Shown here: piece by piece, positions 38,872 to 49,444 of the stretch
Layout: every line of letters begins with the position of its first letter
How positions within the stretch are numbered: position 1 is the first letter of the stretch
Assembly (NCBI GenBank): GCA_048940925.1
Contig: JBHLOC010000030.1
Location: 1 to 56,149, forward strand
Direction: 5' to 3'
DNA: 56,149 bases
DNA from: Promethearchaeota archaeon
GTDB lineage: Archaea; Asgardarchaeota; Lokiarchaeia; Sigyniarchaeales; SOKP01
Made by a program: the position numbers and the translations under genes
The notes under the pieces: generated by a model
Database searches by the model: none
Told to the model about the DNA's origin: nothing
What the model saw: only the letters and a program-made list of their open reading frames with translations

Positions 38872-41244
38872 CTATTTTTTCTTTAAAACTTTAACCATTG
38901 AATCTATTTGCTTTATCATCTTAGCATTATTTGGGATAAATTCCAATTGTTCAGTATATAATGGATAATTCTTATGTAAAATATTTAATAATTCAAGCCA
39001 AGCCTTCTGATTTTCTGTTTGATTTGGAATATCTTTTTTTAATTGAAAAATAATCCGCTTTTCTTTCTTAGATTTTATCGCTCTAAGGAATTTTTTTGAG
39101 ACTAAAGCTTTAAAAGCATAATATTCGTCAGGTCTAAAATGAGCTAATGAATAATTCATACTATCATCTGAAAATGGTAACAATTTAATCCTCTTATCCT
39201 CAGGTTCCTCGGGATTTTCAATTAACGTAAATTCTAAGTCAATTTTACTAATTTCGTTTAAAATTAAAAATAATTCTCCTAAAGGTAACTTAGTATTGCG
39301 TTCTAGTTGATTGATAATTTCTGAAACGGGAATATAAAACTCAGGATTTTTTTGTGGAGTTTCTATTCTATACATATATTCTTTTTTTACCATTTCTATA
39401 ATTTGATTTTTTAAATCTTCTGATAATGTTGCTTTAAAAGTCTCAGTGACTTGCGCTTCTTCTTTAACTTTTTCAACTTTTTTCTCATCTATATGCTTTT
39501 TTCTATAATTAGTCGTAAGAGATTCTATAAATTTATCTGAAGCTTTATCTGATTGACCTTTAGTTTTTAATCTACTTACCCTACTTGTTGTTGCAGTAGC
39601 AGTTTTAAATAATCTCTCCTGTAAGTACTTTTTTGCTTTTTTTTCTGCTACTTCTTTTTTCTCAAATCGTTCTGTGACTGAAGTAAAATCAATAACTTTT
39701 ATTGGTTTGCCGAATTCATCTCTTCTTTGTGTAATAATAATATCCATATCTTTTTCTGCTAATTGTCTTATCATTGAATAGACTTTTGCTTTTGATAATT
39801 GAGTCGCTTTTATCAAATCGCGCTCCAGAATTTCGATTGGAAATGCGTCCCCTCTTCTTATATACTCACCTCTTATAATACTATAGATTTTTTCCATACT
39901 TTTCTCTTCTTCGCTGACAGTTTCTTTTTGCATTCGAATGAACATTGAAGTTTCATGAGGTTTGAGATAATAAATTAATATCGTTAAACCCAAGAAACAG
40001 ATTATTAAAACAGATATAATGTATTTATCAAATGATAATATTTGTCCAACACCACTTAGAGTCTGATTAGGAATTTCAGTAATATTTATATATCTAGTAA
40101 AAGTTTGGGCAAGTACGCTAGCTAAAAGGAATAAAATTAAACCATCTTTTTTAAAGATTAAAATCTGCCAACCTAAAGATTGTCCTGTTTTTTTAACTAT
40201 GCGATATAAGAAAAACATCGAAATTAAAAATTCGAAAAGGAATAAGAATGAAACTGCTGACTCTGTTGCCCCAACTGTTGATTTAAAAGATGCTATGGTT
40301 TCAGGACGCATAAAAAGGAATATTGATACCTCTAATATTTGAAAGAAAAATATAAAGAACACAATCAGTGAGAAAGTAAAATTATCGAAAGAACCTGCTC
40401 TTTTTGTCTCAGCTCGTCTTCTAGTAAATACAATTTCAAAAATAATAAATAGAAGAGTTGCTACTAAACTCAAATAAATTAATGGCATAACAAGACGCAT
40501 TTCTGTTTCATATACTTTTACAGCATTTTCAGGATCAAAATGGCTAAAAAAATCTAAAGATAAAAATACTAAGAAGCTCCTATAAAATAATGAAATTATC
40601 ACCAAAACACTTAAAATTATAAAAGGAGTAAGTAATACGCCTATATATCTCGGAATCGAATACTTTTTGATGAATCTGGCTTCTATCTTGGTAGAAAATT
40701 TACGTGAATAAACATAAAATCTGCTACTTAGGAGAAATAACCATATCATTGATAATATTAGCAAATAGGTTGTAAAATTAATAGAGGTACCTATATATAA
40801 AAAAATAACATAAAAGATTACTATTAACCCAATATACAAGATGAATTGTTTGATCGCAGACTTTTCTTCAAATATGAAAATCCTTACTTTATCGATACTA
40901 AATAATATTGATAAAATTAAGAAAAAAGCTATGATCGTATTTGAAAATGCGAAAGGATTACCAAACGTTAAAATTGCGGTTAATAGATTTCCTGGGATGT
41001 TAATTTCCAAAATTAACAGGAATGCATATAGAATAAACAATCCATATAAACCAATAAATTTCTTTTGATATGAGTAAAATTTGGGTTCTTGTCCTTCAAG
41101 ATACACTTCTTGATGGACCAGTTTATCATAAATATATTTCAATTTTTTTTTTACTTTCGAGAAAAATCCACTTATTTTAGCATTTATTCTTGAAAAAAAG
41201 CTGATTTTCTTATGTTTAATCCCTGTAGATCCCTTATTAGACAT
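38872..41244 (-). CDS. large multi-pass membrane protein with a long soluble C-terminal region
   Basis: About 10-11 TM helices in aa 60-430, then a ~360-aa charged region containing two related 'I....EY..R' helical units. Confidence 0.8.
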   Translation of the reverse strand: MSNKGSTGIKHKKISFFSRINAKISGFFSKVKKKLKYIYDKLVHQEVYLEGQEPKFYSYQKKFIGLYGLFILYAFLLILEINIPGNLLTAILTFGNPFAFSNTIIAFFLILSILFSIDKVRIFIFEEKSAIKQFILYIGLIVIFYVIFLYIGTSINFTTYLLILSMIWLFLLSSRFYVYSRKFSTKIEARFIKKYSIPRYIGVLLTPFIILSVLVIISLFYRSFLVFLSLDFFSHFDPENAVKVYETEMRLVMPLIYLSLVATLLFIIFEIVFTRRRAETKRAGSFDNFTFSLIVFFIFFFQILEVSIFLFMRPETIASFKSTVGATESAVSFLFLFEFLISMFFLYRIVKKTGQSLGWQILIFKKDGLILFLLASVLAQTFTRYINITEIPNQTLSGVGQILSFDKYIISVLIICFLGLTILIYYLKPHETSMFIRMQKETVSEEEKSMEKIYSIIRGEYIRRGDAFPIEILERDLIKATQLSKAKVYSMIRQLAEKDMDIIITQRRDEFGKPIKVIDFTSVTERFEKKEVAEKKAKKYLQERLFKTATATTSRVSRLKTKGQSDKASDKFIESLTTNYRKKHIDEKKVEKVKEEAQVTETFKATLSEDLKNQIIEMVKKEYMYRIETPQKNPEFYIPVSEIINQLERNTKLPLGELFLILNEISKIDLEFTLIENPEEPEDKRIKLLPFSDDSMNYSLAHFRPDEYYAFKALVSKKFLRAIKSKKEKRIIFQLKKDIPNQTENQKAWLELLNILHKNYPLYTEQLEFIPNNAKMIKQIDSMVKVLKKK

Positions 41245-41317
41245 TTTTTAAATTTATATGTTGTTATTATTATATTTTGTATATGAGAACTTTTAAAATT
41301 TCATAAAAGAGGAAGGT

Positions 41318-41523
41318 GTGATTATTACAATAATAGAACTTAAGTTTATGGTCCAGATTGTATATCTGAAAAAATATTACCAATCCCAAAATCTATTATT
41401 TTGGAAGGAAAAGATGACTTAACTACTATTTTTATTGAAAAGGGTGTAGTATGGGATCACCAATTCCACACATTAATAGATAAGGATTTTATAATTTAAA
41501 GTTATCAGATTATAGGTTTTTAG
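41318..41523 (+). pseudogene. degenerate remnant of a small lokiarchaeal Zn-binding-type domain gene
   Basis: GTG-IITIIELKF, then a frame change to YGPDCISEKILPIPKSIILEGKDDLTTIFIEKGVVWDHQFHTLIDKDFII*SYQIIGF*. Resembles a recalled CPxC..IPKSII..LTT.I.KG.VCxHxF...DK.F..RGYQ pattern; not database-verified. Confidence 0.4.
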
Positions 41524-41654
41524 ATTATCAATATTTAATTATTTAAATCTAATTATAGTTTTATGATAGAAGTCTATTAGATAAATTTAAGTTGAAAGTT
41601 TTAAAAAGAATCTTTTAATAATTTTAAATATAATACATTTTTTTTGTTTTAAGA

Positions 41655-41933
41655 ATGGAAAAAAAACAATTACAAAATAGAGAAACATTAATCCACTTAG
41701 TAAAAAATGCAATTGAATTACTCTGTGAGAAAAATATTTCAAGTGTGGTAATTCTTTCTTCGTACAAAATTAATTCAGTGCTTAAAGAGTCGTTTGGAAT
41801 CGACATTAAAGTCGACAAAATTGGACGGATTTTAAGTCGAATAGCTAAGTTAAATGAATTAAAAAGACTAAGCACAAATATTCCCAAATATAAATTGCAT
41901 ATATCAAAAGTTTCAAGCTTAAAATTCTTTTGA
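41655..41933 (+). CDS. small basic hypothetical protein (possible winged helix)
   Basis: 92-aa ORF; SYKINSVLKESFG...KIGRILSRIAK...KYKL helix-turn-helix/wing pattern. Confidence 0.65.
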   Translation: MEKKQLQNRETLIHLVKNAIELLCEKNISSVVILSSYKINSVLKESFGIDIKVDKIGRILSRIAKLNELKRLSTNIPKYKLHISKVSSLKFF

Positions 41934-41941
41934 GATAGATT

Positions 41942-43327
41942 TTAAGTGATATTACGGAAATCTGTAATTACTTTTTGGAGTTTTTCGAGTAATGTATTAA
42001 TCTCTGTATATGCTTCTCTAAGTGGTTGTAGTTCTGAGCTTATTTTTTCAATTTTTTCTTGAAAATTATTCTCAAGAGGTGAAATTGATTTTTTAAGTCC
42101 CTTGTCTAAATTTTGAATAATAGACTTTAGATCAGTATCACTGGAAGAGATAGATGATTCTAATTTATTAATTAACTCTTCCATATCCGAGTTTAGTTGG
42201 AGATTTTCAGAAATTTTATCTGAAATTGTTTTGTTTAGATTATCCAATTCATTTTTAAGGTACTCTATGTTTTGATCAACATATTTAGATAATTCACTAC
42301 TAAGATTATCCTTGGCTTGAATGTTATCTATTATTAATTGATTTTGACTTTCAATGGGGTTTTCTACATATTTTGAAACACCTCCTTTAAAATCACCGAT
42401 AATTCCATCCATGTTTCTGTTAAACCATTCATCGGCTCTTAAAAAACCAGAAGATATTGATTTTTTTAATTTATTTACAGAATCTACCAATAAATTCGTT
42501 CCATTAGAAGAACCTGTATCCAAATCACTAATCCACTTACCAATTTGAGATTTTAAGGAGTTCATAAGAATTTCAGAGAACTTTCCAAGTCCGTTTTGAA
42601 AACCAGAAATTGCAGCTGATACTTCTGTATACTTTTCTAATTCATCTCGACTTATTAAATCCCTCTCTGCTATTGGAATTTCTTGCAGATCTTCAGTGTT
42701 TATTTCTTTCATTTCCTTAATTTCTTTAATTATAATGGGATTGCTTTTATGAAAATCTTCCATAAATTTTTGAACCCATTTAAAATAATCTAAAGTTGCT
42801 GGTGTTTCAACTTCGTAGCTTACTTCATGATATTGATCAGGATTTTTATAGTCATCTAACCTATAAATTACAAATCCAAAATCTTCATCTTTACTCATTA
42901 ATGTATGATCGAATACTATTGCAAACCCATAAGGAGTTTTCTCATTTTGAAAATATTGTAGATTTCTTTTATCACTATCGCTTAAATATAACCCCCATGA
43001 AGGATGAGAGTGATAGTATCCTACAATTTGCCCTGAATATTGTTTTCCCAAATTTGATAACAATTCATAATCTTCTTTATCAAAACCTACTTCTACTGTA
43101 CCACCATGTGTTACCGGTACAGCATTTTCGATATTAATCTTATCATTATCTTGATCATAATTCCCAATACAAATACCCATTACTTCTTTACTATTTTCCA
43201 TTGTTTTATGAGCAAACCTGAGGACATGACTTATCATATTTCTAAGTGCTTCTTTTGTTATGAATATTTTACCATTTTTTGAGTTTTTATTTTCAGTAGA
43301 CATTTTATTTAAATCATTATCAGACAT
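41942..43327 (-). CDS. JAMM/MPN+ metalloprotease with a long C-terminal helical/coiled-coil region
   Basis: EVMGICIG ... GYYHSHPSWGLYLSDSD. Confidence 0.88.
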   Translation of the reverse strand: MSDNDLNKMSTENKNSKNGKIFITKEALRNMISHVLRFAHKTMENSKEVMGICIGNYDQDNDKINIENAVPVTHGGTVEVGFDKEDYELLSNLGKQYSGQIVGYYHSHPSWGLYLSDSDKRNLQYFQNEKTPYGFAIVFDHTLMSKDEDFGFVIYRLDDYKNPDQYHEVSYEVETPATLDYFKWVQKFMEDFHKSNPIIIKEIKEMKEINTEDLQEIPIAERDLISRDELEKYTEVSAAISGFQNGLGKFSEILMNSLKSQIGKWISDLDTGSSNGTNLLVDSVNKLKKSISSGFLRADEWFNRNMDGIIGDFKGGVSKYVENPIESQNQLIIDNIQAKDNLSSELSKYVDQNIEYLKNELDNLNKTISDKISENLQLNSDMEELINKLESSISSSDTDLKSIIQNLDKGLKKSISPLENNFQEKIEKISSELQPLREAYTEINTLLEKLQKVITDFRNIT

Positions 43328-43331
43328 TTTC

Positions 43332-44816
43332 TTATTGACCTCCTTCTAATTTTTTAAGTTTTTTCAAGAGATTCTCATTTTCAGTTTTTAAATCTTTTAT
43401 ATCTTTTTGGAGGCTCTTATTTTCGTTTTCTAGTATATCTATTTTATTTTTTATAGAAGTCTTTGAGCTTTCTAATACTATTATAGCTGCTTTTAAATCT
43501 GATAAGAAACTTTTTGTTTCTTTATTTAGATTTATGAAATTCCCTACAATTTTATTAGTACTTTTGATAATTTTCGCTAATAATTCCTCTTGAAGAGAAT
43601 TAATTTTTTCAAATGTTTCATTTTCAATTGTTCTAATTTTCTCAGAATTTTTATTCAATGAAGTAAATTGACTTTTTAGTTTTTCAGAAAGTAATGAAGT
43701 ATTTGTTTCAATTTTAGTAAATTGATCTATTGTTTGTTCAAAAGAACTCACCATTTCTCCCAGTGAATCTTTCAATTTTGTTTCAAATAAACTATTCAAT
43801 TGATCCTTAAGATCTAAAATAAATTGATTAAATTGATCTTTAAGTTTTTCTTGATTTTCTCCAAATTCTTCAAATGTATCATCAATATAAATATCAAGAT
43901 CATTTAATTTATCTTTGAACGAAAATTTAAGTTCCTTTTGTAAATTTGAAATCCCTTGATTAATATTATCTTTTATTGAAAGCAGATCCATTCTCATATG
44001 AAAATTATTCTCGACAATGTTTTTTATTACATCTTGACTCCATGAATTTAGAAATGAAATCAATGGGTTAATCGATATTTCAATAAATTTAGACAATCCA
44101 TTATGTATTGCTGAAATTATTTCTTCTACATTAAATTCAGGTATTTTAGCTTTAAGTTGTTCCTCACTTGGAAATGCTATATCTCCAAATAAATCTGGTA
44201 GCTCATTAATCTCTAAAAGAGGAGGTTCTTTAGTATGTATACTGCCTATTAAATCCATTAGTTTTAAATAATAATCTTTATTATCAGGAGGCTCCACTAT
44301 TGTTTTAATTTCATAATAGCCGTCTGAAGGTTTTGAGGGATTATTTAATCTAAACGTGCGAAAACCTAAATCTCCTGATCTTTCTAGATATGTATGGTCA
44401 AATACTATTCCAAAACCACTAGGATTGAATTCTGTTTGCCATCCAAGTTGATTTTTTACATCTGTGTTAGAAAAAAATATATCCAACCCCGGATGGCTGT
44501 GGAACCATCCACAACTAAATAACCCTTTATCAGCATACTCGTTATCAACCATAGAAAATGTTACATAATCTTCTGGAGCAAAATCAACTTCAATTGACCC
44601 ACCATGAGAGATAGGAACAGCATCTTCTACAACAACATTTCTTATCCCTTTTTTATCAGGATCACCCTCAAGGCGCCCAATACAAACTCCCATAACTTCA
44701 CGGTACTGGCTTCGATCTATAACTTTATTTCCAAATCTTAAGACATGTAGAAGCATTTTATAATATGCATTAGGTTTGATAATAACAACTTTCTCATCAG
44801 AAGTCAATTTAATCAC
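43332..44816 (-). CDS. JAMM/MPN+ metalloprotease with a long C-terminal helical/coiled-coil region
   Basis: EVMGVCIG ... GWFHSHPGLDIFFSNTD. Confidence 0.88.
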   Translation of the reverse strand: MIKLTSDEKVVIIKPNAYYKMLLHVLRFGNKVIDRSQYREVMGVCIGRLEGDPDKKGIRNVVVEDAVPISHGGSIEVDFAPEDYVTFSMVDNEYADKGLFSCGWFHSHPGLDIFFSNTDVKNQLGWQTEFNPSGFGIVFDHTYLERSGDLGFRTFRLNNPSKPSDGYYEIKTIVEPPDNKDYYLKLMDLIGSIHTKEPPLLEINELPDLFGDIAFPSEEQLKAKIPEFNVEEIISAIHNGLSKFIEISINPLISFLNSWSQDVIKNIVENNFHMRMDLLSIKDNINQGISNLQKELKFSFKDKLNDLDIYIDDTFEEFGENQEKLKDQFNQFILDLKDQLNSLFETKLKDSLGEMVSSFEQTIDQFTKIETNTSLLSEKLKSQFTSLNKNSEKIRTIENETFEKINSLQEELLAKIIKSTNKIVGNFINLNKETKSFLSDLKAAIIVLESSKTSIKNKIDILENENKSLQKDIKDLKTENENLLKKLKKLEGGQ

Positions 44817-45105
44817 GTTTTATAAAAGTTTGAGATATAGTTTGTTAATGATATTATATATGATTTAATTGATTTTAAATATTTGAATAAAAAGTTTGAA
44901 ATTAATTTTTCAAATATAGTAAAAATATAAATTTCTAATTTATTTGAAATTCAAACTAATATCACATTTCTCTAACTTGAATTAGATGATTAAGTAGAAT
45001 TTTAAAAGAGACATTTTAATCATGAGGCAAAAGTGTGAGTCCCTTTCTCCAATTTGAGTTTTTCTCTAAGTTTAATATTGGTATGTTGTTGAACAGAAAA
45101 ATAGT

Positions 45106-45759
45106 TTAGTCATGTTCAGGCAAAGGTTTTCCGCAATAAGGGCAAAATCTGAAACCTAAATCCTTACCACAATAAGGACAAAAATCCTTCCTAGAACCTT
45201 CTTGAATTTGTGCCTCACTACCCACTTTCGGTATTGAGGGTAAATTACGAGATGTTCTTACAGTTGTGGCTGATGAGGTTTGAGTCACTCCACTTCTTGC
45301 TGCTACTCTCTCCTTAAAAGCTTTTCTTTGTTCTTCTTCAATTTCCTGTTGGGATTTTATATCCTCTGTTTTTACCCATCCTTGCACTTGTGGTCTTTTT
45401 AACTCTCTTGCTGGGACTTTTTCTAATTCCACATCTTTAGTTTCTGATACAGGAGCCATTACTTTCCTTTGTTGTTTTTTCTGAATTGCTTGTTTAACTA
45501 AAGCTTGGGTTGTTTTCATGACTTGGTGTGGATTTATGTTGGGAATTGCAACAGTTCTTAAAACCCAACCAACTACTAAATTTTGGTTTGGGAAATCTCC
45601 TTCGACATCTTCATCCTTAAAAACATAGGAATCGATTATATCTTTTCCTTTTAACAAGCGAACTGCCCATTTTTCATTGATAACCCCTAGTTGAAGCCTA
45701 TAACTAGTCCCTGGTACTCCAAGTTGACTTGTTAATGGCACAAAACCTCTTTCTGTCAA
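45106..45759 (-). CDS. hypothetical protein with a low-complexity linker and C-terminal zinc ribbon
   Basis: FCPYCGKDLGFRFCPYCGKPL at the C-terminus. Confidence 0.8.
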   Translation of the reverse strand: MTERGFVPLTSQLGVPGTSYRLQLGVINEKWAVRLLKGKDIIDSYVFKDEDVEGDFPNQNLVVGWVLRTVAIPNINPHQVMKTTQALVKQAIQKKQQRKVMAPVSETKDVELEKVPARELKRPQVQGWVKTEDIKSQQEIEEEQRKAFKERVAARSGVTQTSSATTVRTSRNLPSIPKVGSEAQIQEGSRKDFCPYCGKDLGFRFCPYCGKPLPEHD

Positions 45760-46029
45760 TTACATTCACTTTTTAAATAATAATAATTTGAGTATAGTAA
45801 TATTATAATGGTGGTTTCCGAATTTAAATTATTATTTGTGTTATATTTTTTTACATTAAAAATTTTATCTGTTAACTTTCTTCTGACCCTAAAAGAATTT
45901 AATCAAAAATCATAAAACTCATTGCCTAATAAAAAAAACATAAATAGATTAACACTATTTTGATATTAGATTTAAGTAAAACAGTAGTTTGATATCAAAA
46001 TTAAAATCTATTATTAAGGTTGAAAAAAA

Positions 46030-46989
46030 ATGGCAACTGTTATAATCCCCAAAAAGGCATATAAAGCAATTGTTGCAGCTTCAGTACGCTTTGCTAATGC
46101 ACGTATACCCAAAGATGACTGGCTTGAAGTAAGTGGCATTTTTACAGGAAGAAATGAGGGAGATGATGTTATCATTACTGAGGTGTATCCTATCATGCAT
46201 CAGGAATTGGATAAGAACGCTGTTATTGATCAATACAAATGGAGTGATGAAGACTATGAAGCATTGTATATTATTGATGAGAGAGCTTTCTCTAAAGATC
46301 CCCCGGAATTTGTGGTCGGCTGGTGGCATTCACATCCCGGTTTTAAAGTGATGATGAGCCATATCGATATTCGTACCACCTTATCTTATCAACAAAATAA
46401 TCCTCTAGCAATTTCTCTTGTTTTTAATCCTCAAAGATTAATTCGCCAAATTGAAGTTGCTGATAAAAAAGGAGATCCAGATAAACAGCTTAAGAATGAT
46501 CCTGGATTTAAAATTTTCAGATTGGATGATATAAATCGAGGTATTGAAGCTTCATATCATGCAGTAGATTATCACATAGAAGGCTATGAAAGTATGGAAG
46601 AATTAATCTCCTTGACACAAAAATTCATAGTTGATGTTACTAATTTGTTTCCAAAAGAAAATATAGCTCAAACTTATGAAACGATTATTGATGATAAAGT
46701 GAACCAATTAAGTTCATTAGTATTGGGCACACAAGAGTACTTAACTACTCTTTCTAGAAGTGGAGAGACTCATAGAATTCAAGAAGTTTTGCAGGTTCAG
46801 AATCAAGAAATTTTTAAATTTGTTGATCAAACTAATAAGAAAGTTGAAGAAATTAAGGAATTTATGGATTTCTTGGAATATAAAGAAAAAGAAATAATTA
46901 TTCCCCAAATTGATGCCATACTATCAAAGTGGTATGATGCAATTAAAGGATTAGATAAAAAATTGAAGGAAATATCTAAGAAATTTTAA
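46030..46989 (+). CDS. JAMM/MPN+ metalloprotease (Rpn11-like) with a helical C-terminus
   Basis: EVSGIFTG ... VVGWWHSHPGFKVMMSHID. Confidence 0.88.
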   Translation: MATVIIPKKAYKAIVAASVRFANARIPKDDWLEVSGIFTGRNEGDDVIITEVYPIMHQELDKNAVIDQYKWSDEDYEALYIIDERAFSKDPPEFVVGWWHSHPGFKVMMSHIDIRTTLSYQQNNPLAISLVFNPQRLIRQIEVADKKGDPDKQLKNDPGFKIFRLDDINRGIEASYHAVDYHIEGYESMEELISLTQKFIVDVTNLFPKENIAQTYETIIDDKVNQLSSLVLGTQEYLTTLSRSGETHRIQEVLQVQNQEIFKFVDQTNKKVEEIKEFMDFLEYKEKEIIIPQIDAILSKWYDAIKGLDKKLKEISKKF

Positions 46990-47086
46990 ATTCATTAATA
47001 TTTTTAATCTTATTTTTAGTTTTGATATATTTTTATTTGATTACGCTTTTTTTTGATTAAGTATACCTTTAAATTTTAAAAAAATA

Positions 47087-49321
47087 TTGGAGTATTTTTG
47101 GAATACAGTCATTATCATGAAAAAGATAAATTTTCCCTTTACGGCAATCCTTGGACAAGATAAAATGAAGCTGGGATTAGTATTGAATGTTATCGACCCT
47201 CAGATAGGAGGAGTTTTGTTAACAGGTCATCAAGGTACTGGAAAAAGCACTGCTGTAAGAAGTCTCGTTGAATTAATGCCAAAGATTGAAGTCGTTAAAG
47301 ATTGTGAATTCTCATGTGATCCTAATTCAGATATAGATGATTTATGTGAGAGTTGTATTGAGAAAAAGGGAAAAAAGAAGATTGAAACTGAATTCAGAGA
47401 TATGTGGTTAGTTAATTTACCTCTAGGTGTCACTGAAGATATGGTTTGTGGGTCTTTATCAATTGATAAAGTTCTTACAGAAGGGATAAGAGCTTTACAT
47501 CCAGGATTATTAGCAAAAGCTAATCGAGGTATTTTGTATGTAGATGAAATAAATTTACTTCAAGATCATATAGTTGACGTATTATTAGATTCTGCTGCTT
47601 CAGGAGTAAACATTATTGAGAGAGAAGGAATTTCGGTGTCTCATCCCTCTAGGTTTGTACTTGTTGGAAGTATGAATCCTGAAGAAGGAGATTTAAGGCC
47701 ACAAATAGCAGATCGCCTTGGTTTAGAGGTTAGGATAAAAGCGCCTGATGACTCAGAATTACGTGCAGAAATAACAAAAAGAGTAATTAGTTTTGATGAT
47801 AATCCAAAAGATTTTATTAAAGGTTTTGAAAAAGAACAAGAAAAATTAAGACAACGGATTATCAATGCTCGAAAAATTTTAAAAGAAGTACACATCCCAA
47901 GTTCTGTTTATGAATTTGTATCTAGAATTGTAAGAGAGTTAGAAATCTTTTCCCAAAGAGCTGATATTACTTTTATTAGATGTGCAAGAGCTCATGCTGC
48001 TCTAAATGGTCGAAAATTTATCAATGAAGAGGATTTAAATGTGGCAATGAATTTAGTATTTGAACATAGGATTCAATCACTTCACTATGAAATGACACCA
48101 AAAGAAATCAAAGCAAAAATCGGTGAAGTCTATGGGAAAATTAGAGAAGCATATGAGAACACAGAAATTCTTCGTCCTAATAAAGAAACAGAAGGACCTC
48201 TAAAACATTCAAATGAGCCTCAAAGCGAATTTAAGCGCCAGTCTGTTGATCCTGATAAAGTAGATATCCCTGAATCCGAAGAACAGAAATTACCCCCTCC
48301 AAAATATCCAGATAATAAAAAACGAAATCCTAAACCTGCAGGAGGATGGAAAGTTAAAAATATTCCACTAGCTGAAGATTTTAAATTTTTTGATGTAAAA
48401 AATGGGACAATGCAGTTCATTTACAAAATGGAAAAAAAAATGACCTCAATATTAGATAATATTAGAAAAGATCGAAAAATTTCTGATTATGGGGGGAGAG
48501 GGATAGGACGGAGAATTAAAGTCTCATCGTCTCAAAAAGGAAGATATGTATCATATAGAACTCCTATACGTGAACAACCAAAAACTATTGCTTTAGATGC
48601 GACTATTAGAAACTATCTTAAAAATGTGGTATATAACAATACTGAAATTAATTTTCCCATTCATTTTGATAGATATGATTTAATGGATAAAATATACGAA
48701 TATCGAGCACCATTAGCGCTCTTTTTTGTTTTAGATAGTTCTGCATCAATGTATTATGTAATTAAACAGATGACTGATGTGATTTTATCGCTACATAGGG
48801 AAGGTTACAGAAAAAGAGACAAAATTTCGTTAATAATTTTTCGTGGAAAGAAAGCTGTTGTATTACAGAAACCTACAGTTAATTTTAAAATAGCTGTTAA
48901 TAAATTGAAAAAGATCGAAGGTAAATCGTATACACCTATGGCAGCAGCGTTAAAAAAAGTATCTGAATTAGTAAAAATTGAAAAATTGAAAGACAGAAAC
49001 ATCATACCAGTTGTTTTTGTGTGTAGTGATTGTGGAGCAAATATCTCTGTCAAATATCCCAATTTAATAGCCCAAATCGAAACAGACTATTCTTTAATTA
49101 CCGAGGAATTAAAAGAATTGACAAAAAAATTATCAAAACAAAAAATCCATTTAGTTGTATTGGAACCAAAAAAATCTTATGCTACTCATGCCCTGGGTGT
49201 CCACACCTATTCTGCGGATCAAATTAAAAAGAATTTTAAGAAATACGCTAATGCTGAAATTTATAAATTTGATAAATATGATCCTAACTCATTAATTTTA
49301 GAATTGAAGAAAATCCTTTAG
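47087..49321 (+). CDS. ChlD/BchD-like chelatase-family AAA+ ATPase with a C-terminal VWA domain (start may be the ATG at 47117)
   Basis: FPFTAILGQ, GHQGTGKST, LPLGVTED, PGLLAKANRGILYVDEINLL, MNPEEG, Pro/acidic linker, DSSAS MIDAS. Confidence 0.88.
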   Translation: MEYFWNTVIIMKKINFPFTAILGQDKMKLGLVLNVIDPQIGGVLLTGHQGTGKSTAVRSLVELMPKIEVVKDCEFSCDPNSDIDDLCESCIEKKGKKKIETEFRDMWLVNLPLGVTEDMVCGSLSIDKVLTEGIRALHPGLLAKANRGILYVDEINLLQDHIVDVLLDSAASGVNIIEREGISVSHPSRFVLVGSMNPEEGDLRPQIADRLGLEVRIKAPDDSELRAEITKRVISFDDNPKDFIKGFEKEQEKLRQRIINARKILKEVHIPSSVYEFVSRIVRELEIFSQRADITFIRCARAHAALNGRKFINEEDLNVAMNLVFEHRIQSLHYEMTPKEIKAKIGEVYGKIREAYENTEILRPNKETEGPLKHSNEPQSEFKRQSVDPDKVDIPESEEQKLPPPKYPDNKKRNPKPAGGWKVKNIPLAEDFKFFDVKNGTMQFIYKMEKKMTSILDNIRKDRKISDYGGRGIGRRIKVSSSQKGRYVSYRTPIREQPKTIALDATIRNYLKNVVYNNTEINFPIHFDRYDLMDKIYEYRAPLALFFVLDSSASMYYVIKQMTDVILSLHREGYRKRDKISLIIFRGKKAVVLQKPTVNFKIAVNKLKKIEGKSYTPMAAALKKVSELVKIEKLKDRNIIPVVFVCSDCGANISVKYPNLIAQIETDYSLITEELKELTKKLSKQKIHLVVLEPKKSYATHALGVHTYSADQIKKNFKKYANAEIYKFDKYDPNSLILELKKIL

Positions 49322-49444
49322 ATTATAATACTAATTATCTCCCTAAAACTTTAAATTTGGCTTATCTTTGAGCAGCTAACAAAACAAATTATAAGTTAAT
49401 TGAATTTCCTAAAAACTTCTTAAGTTTTCTATTATAATTGTTAA

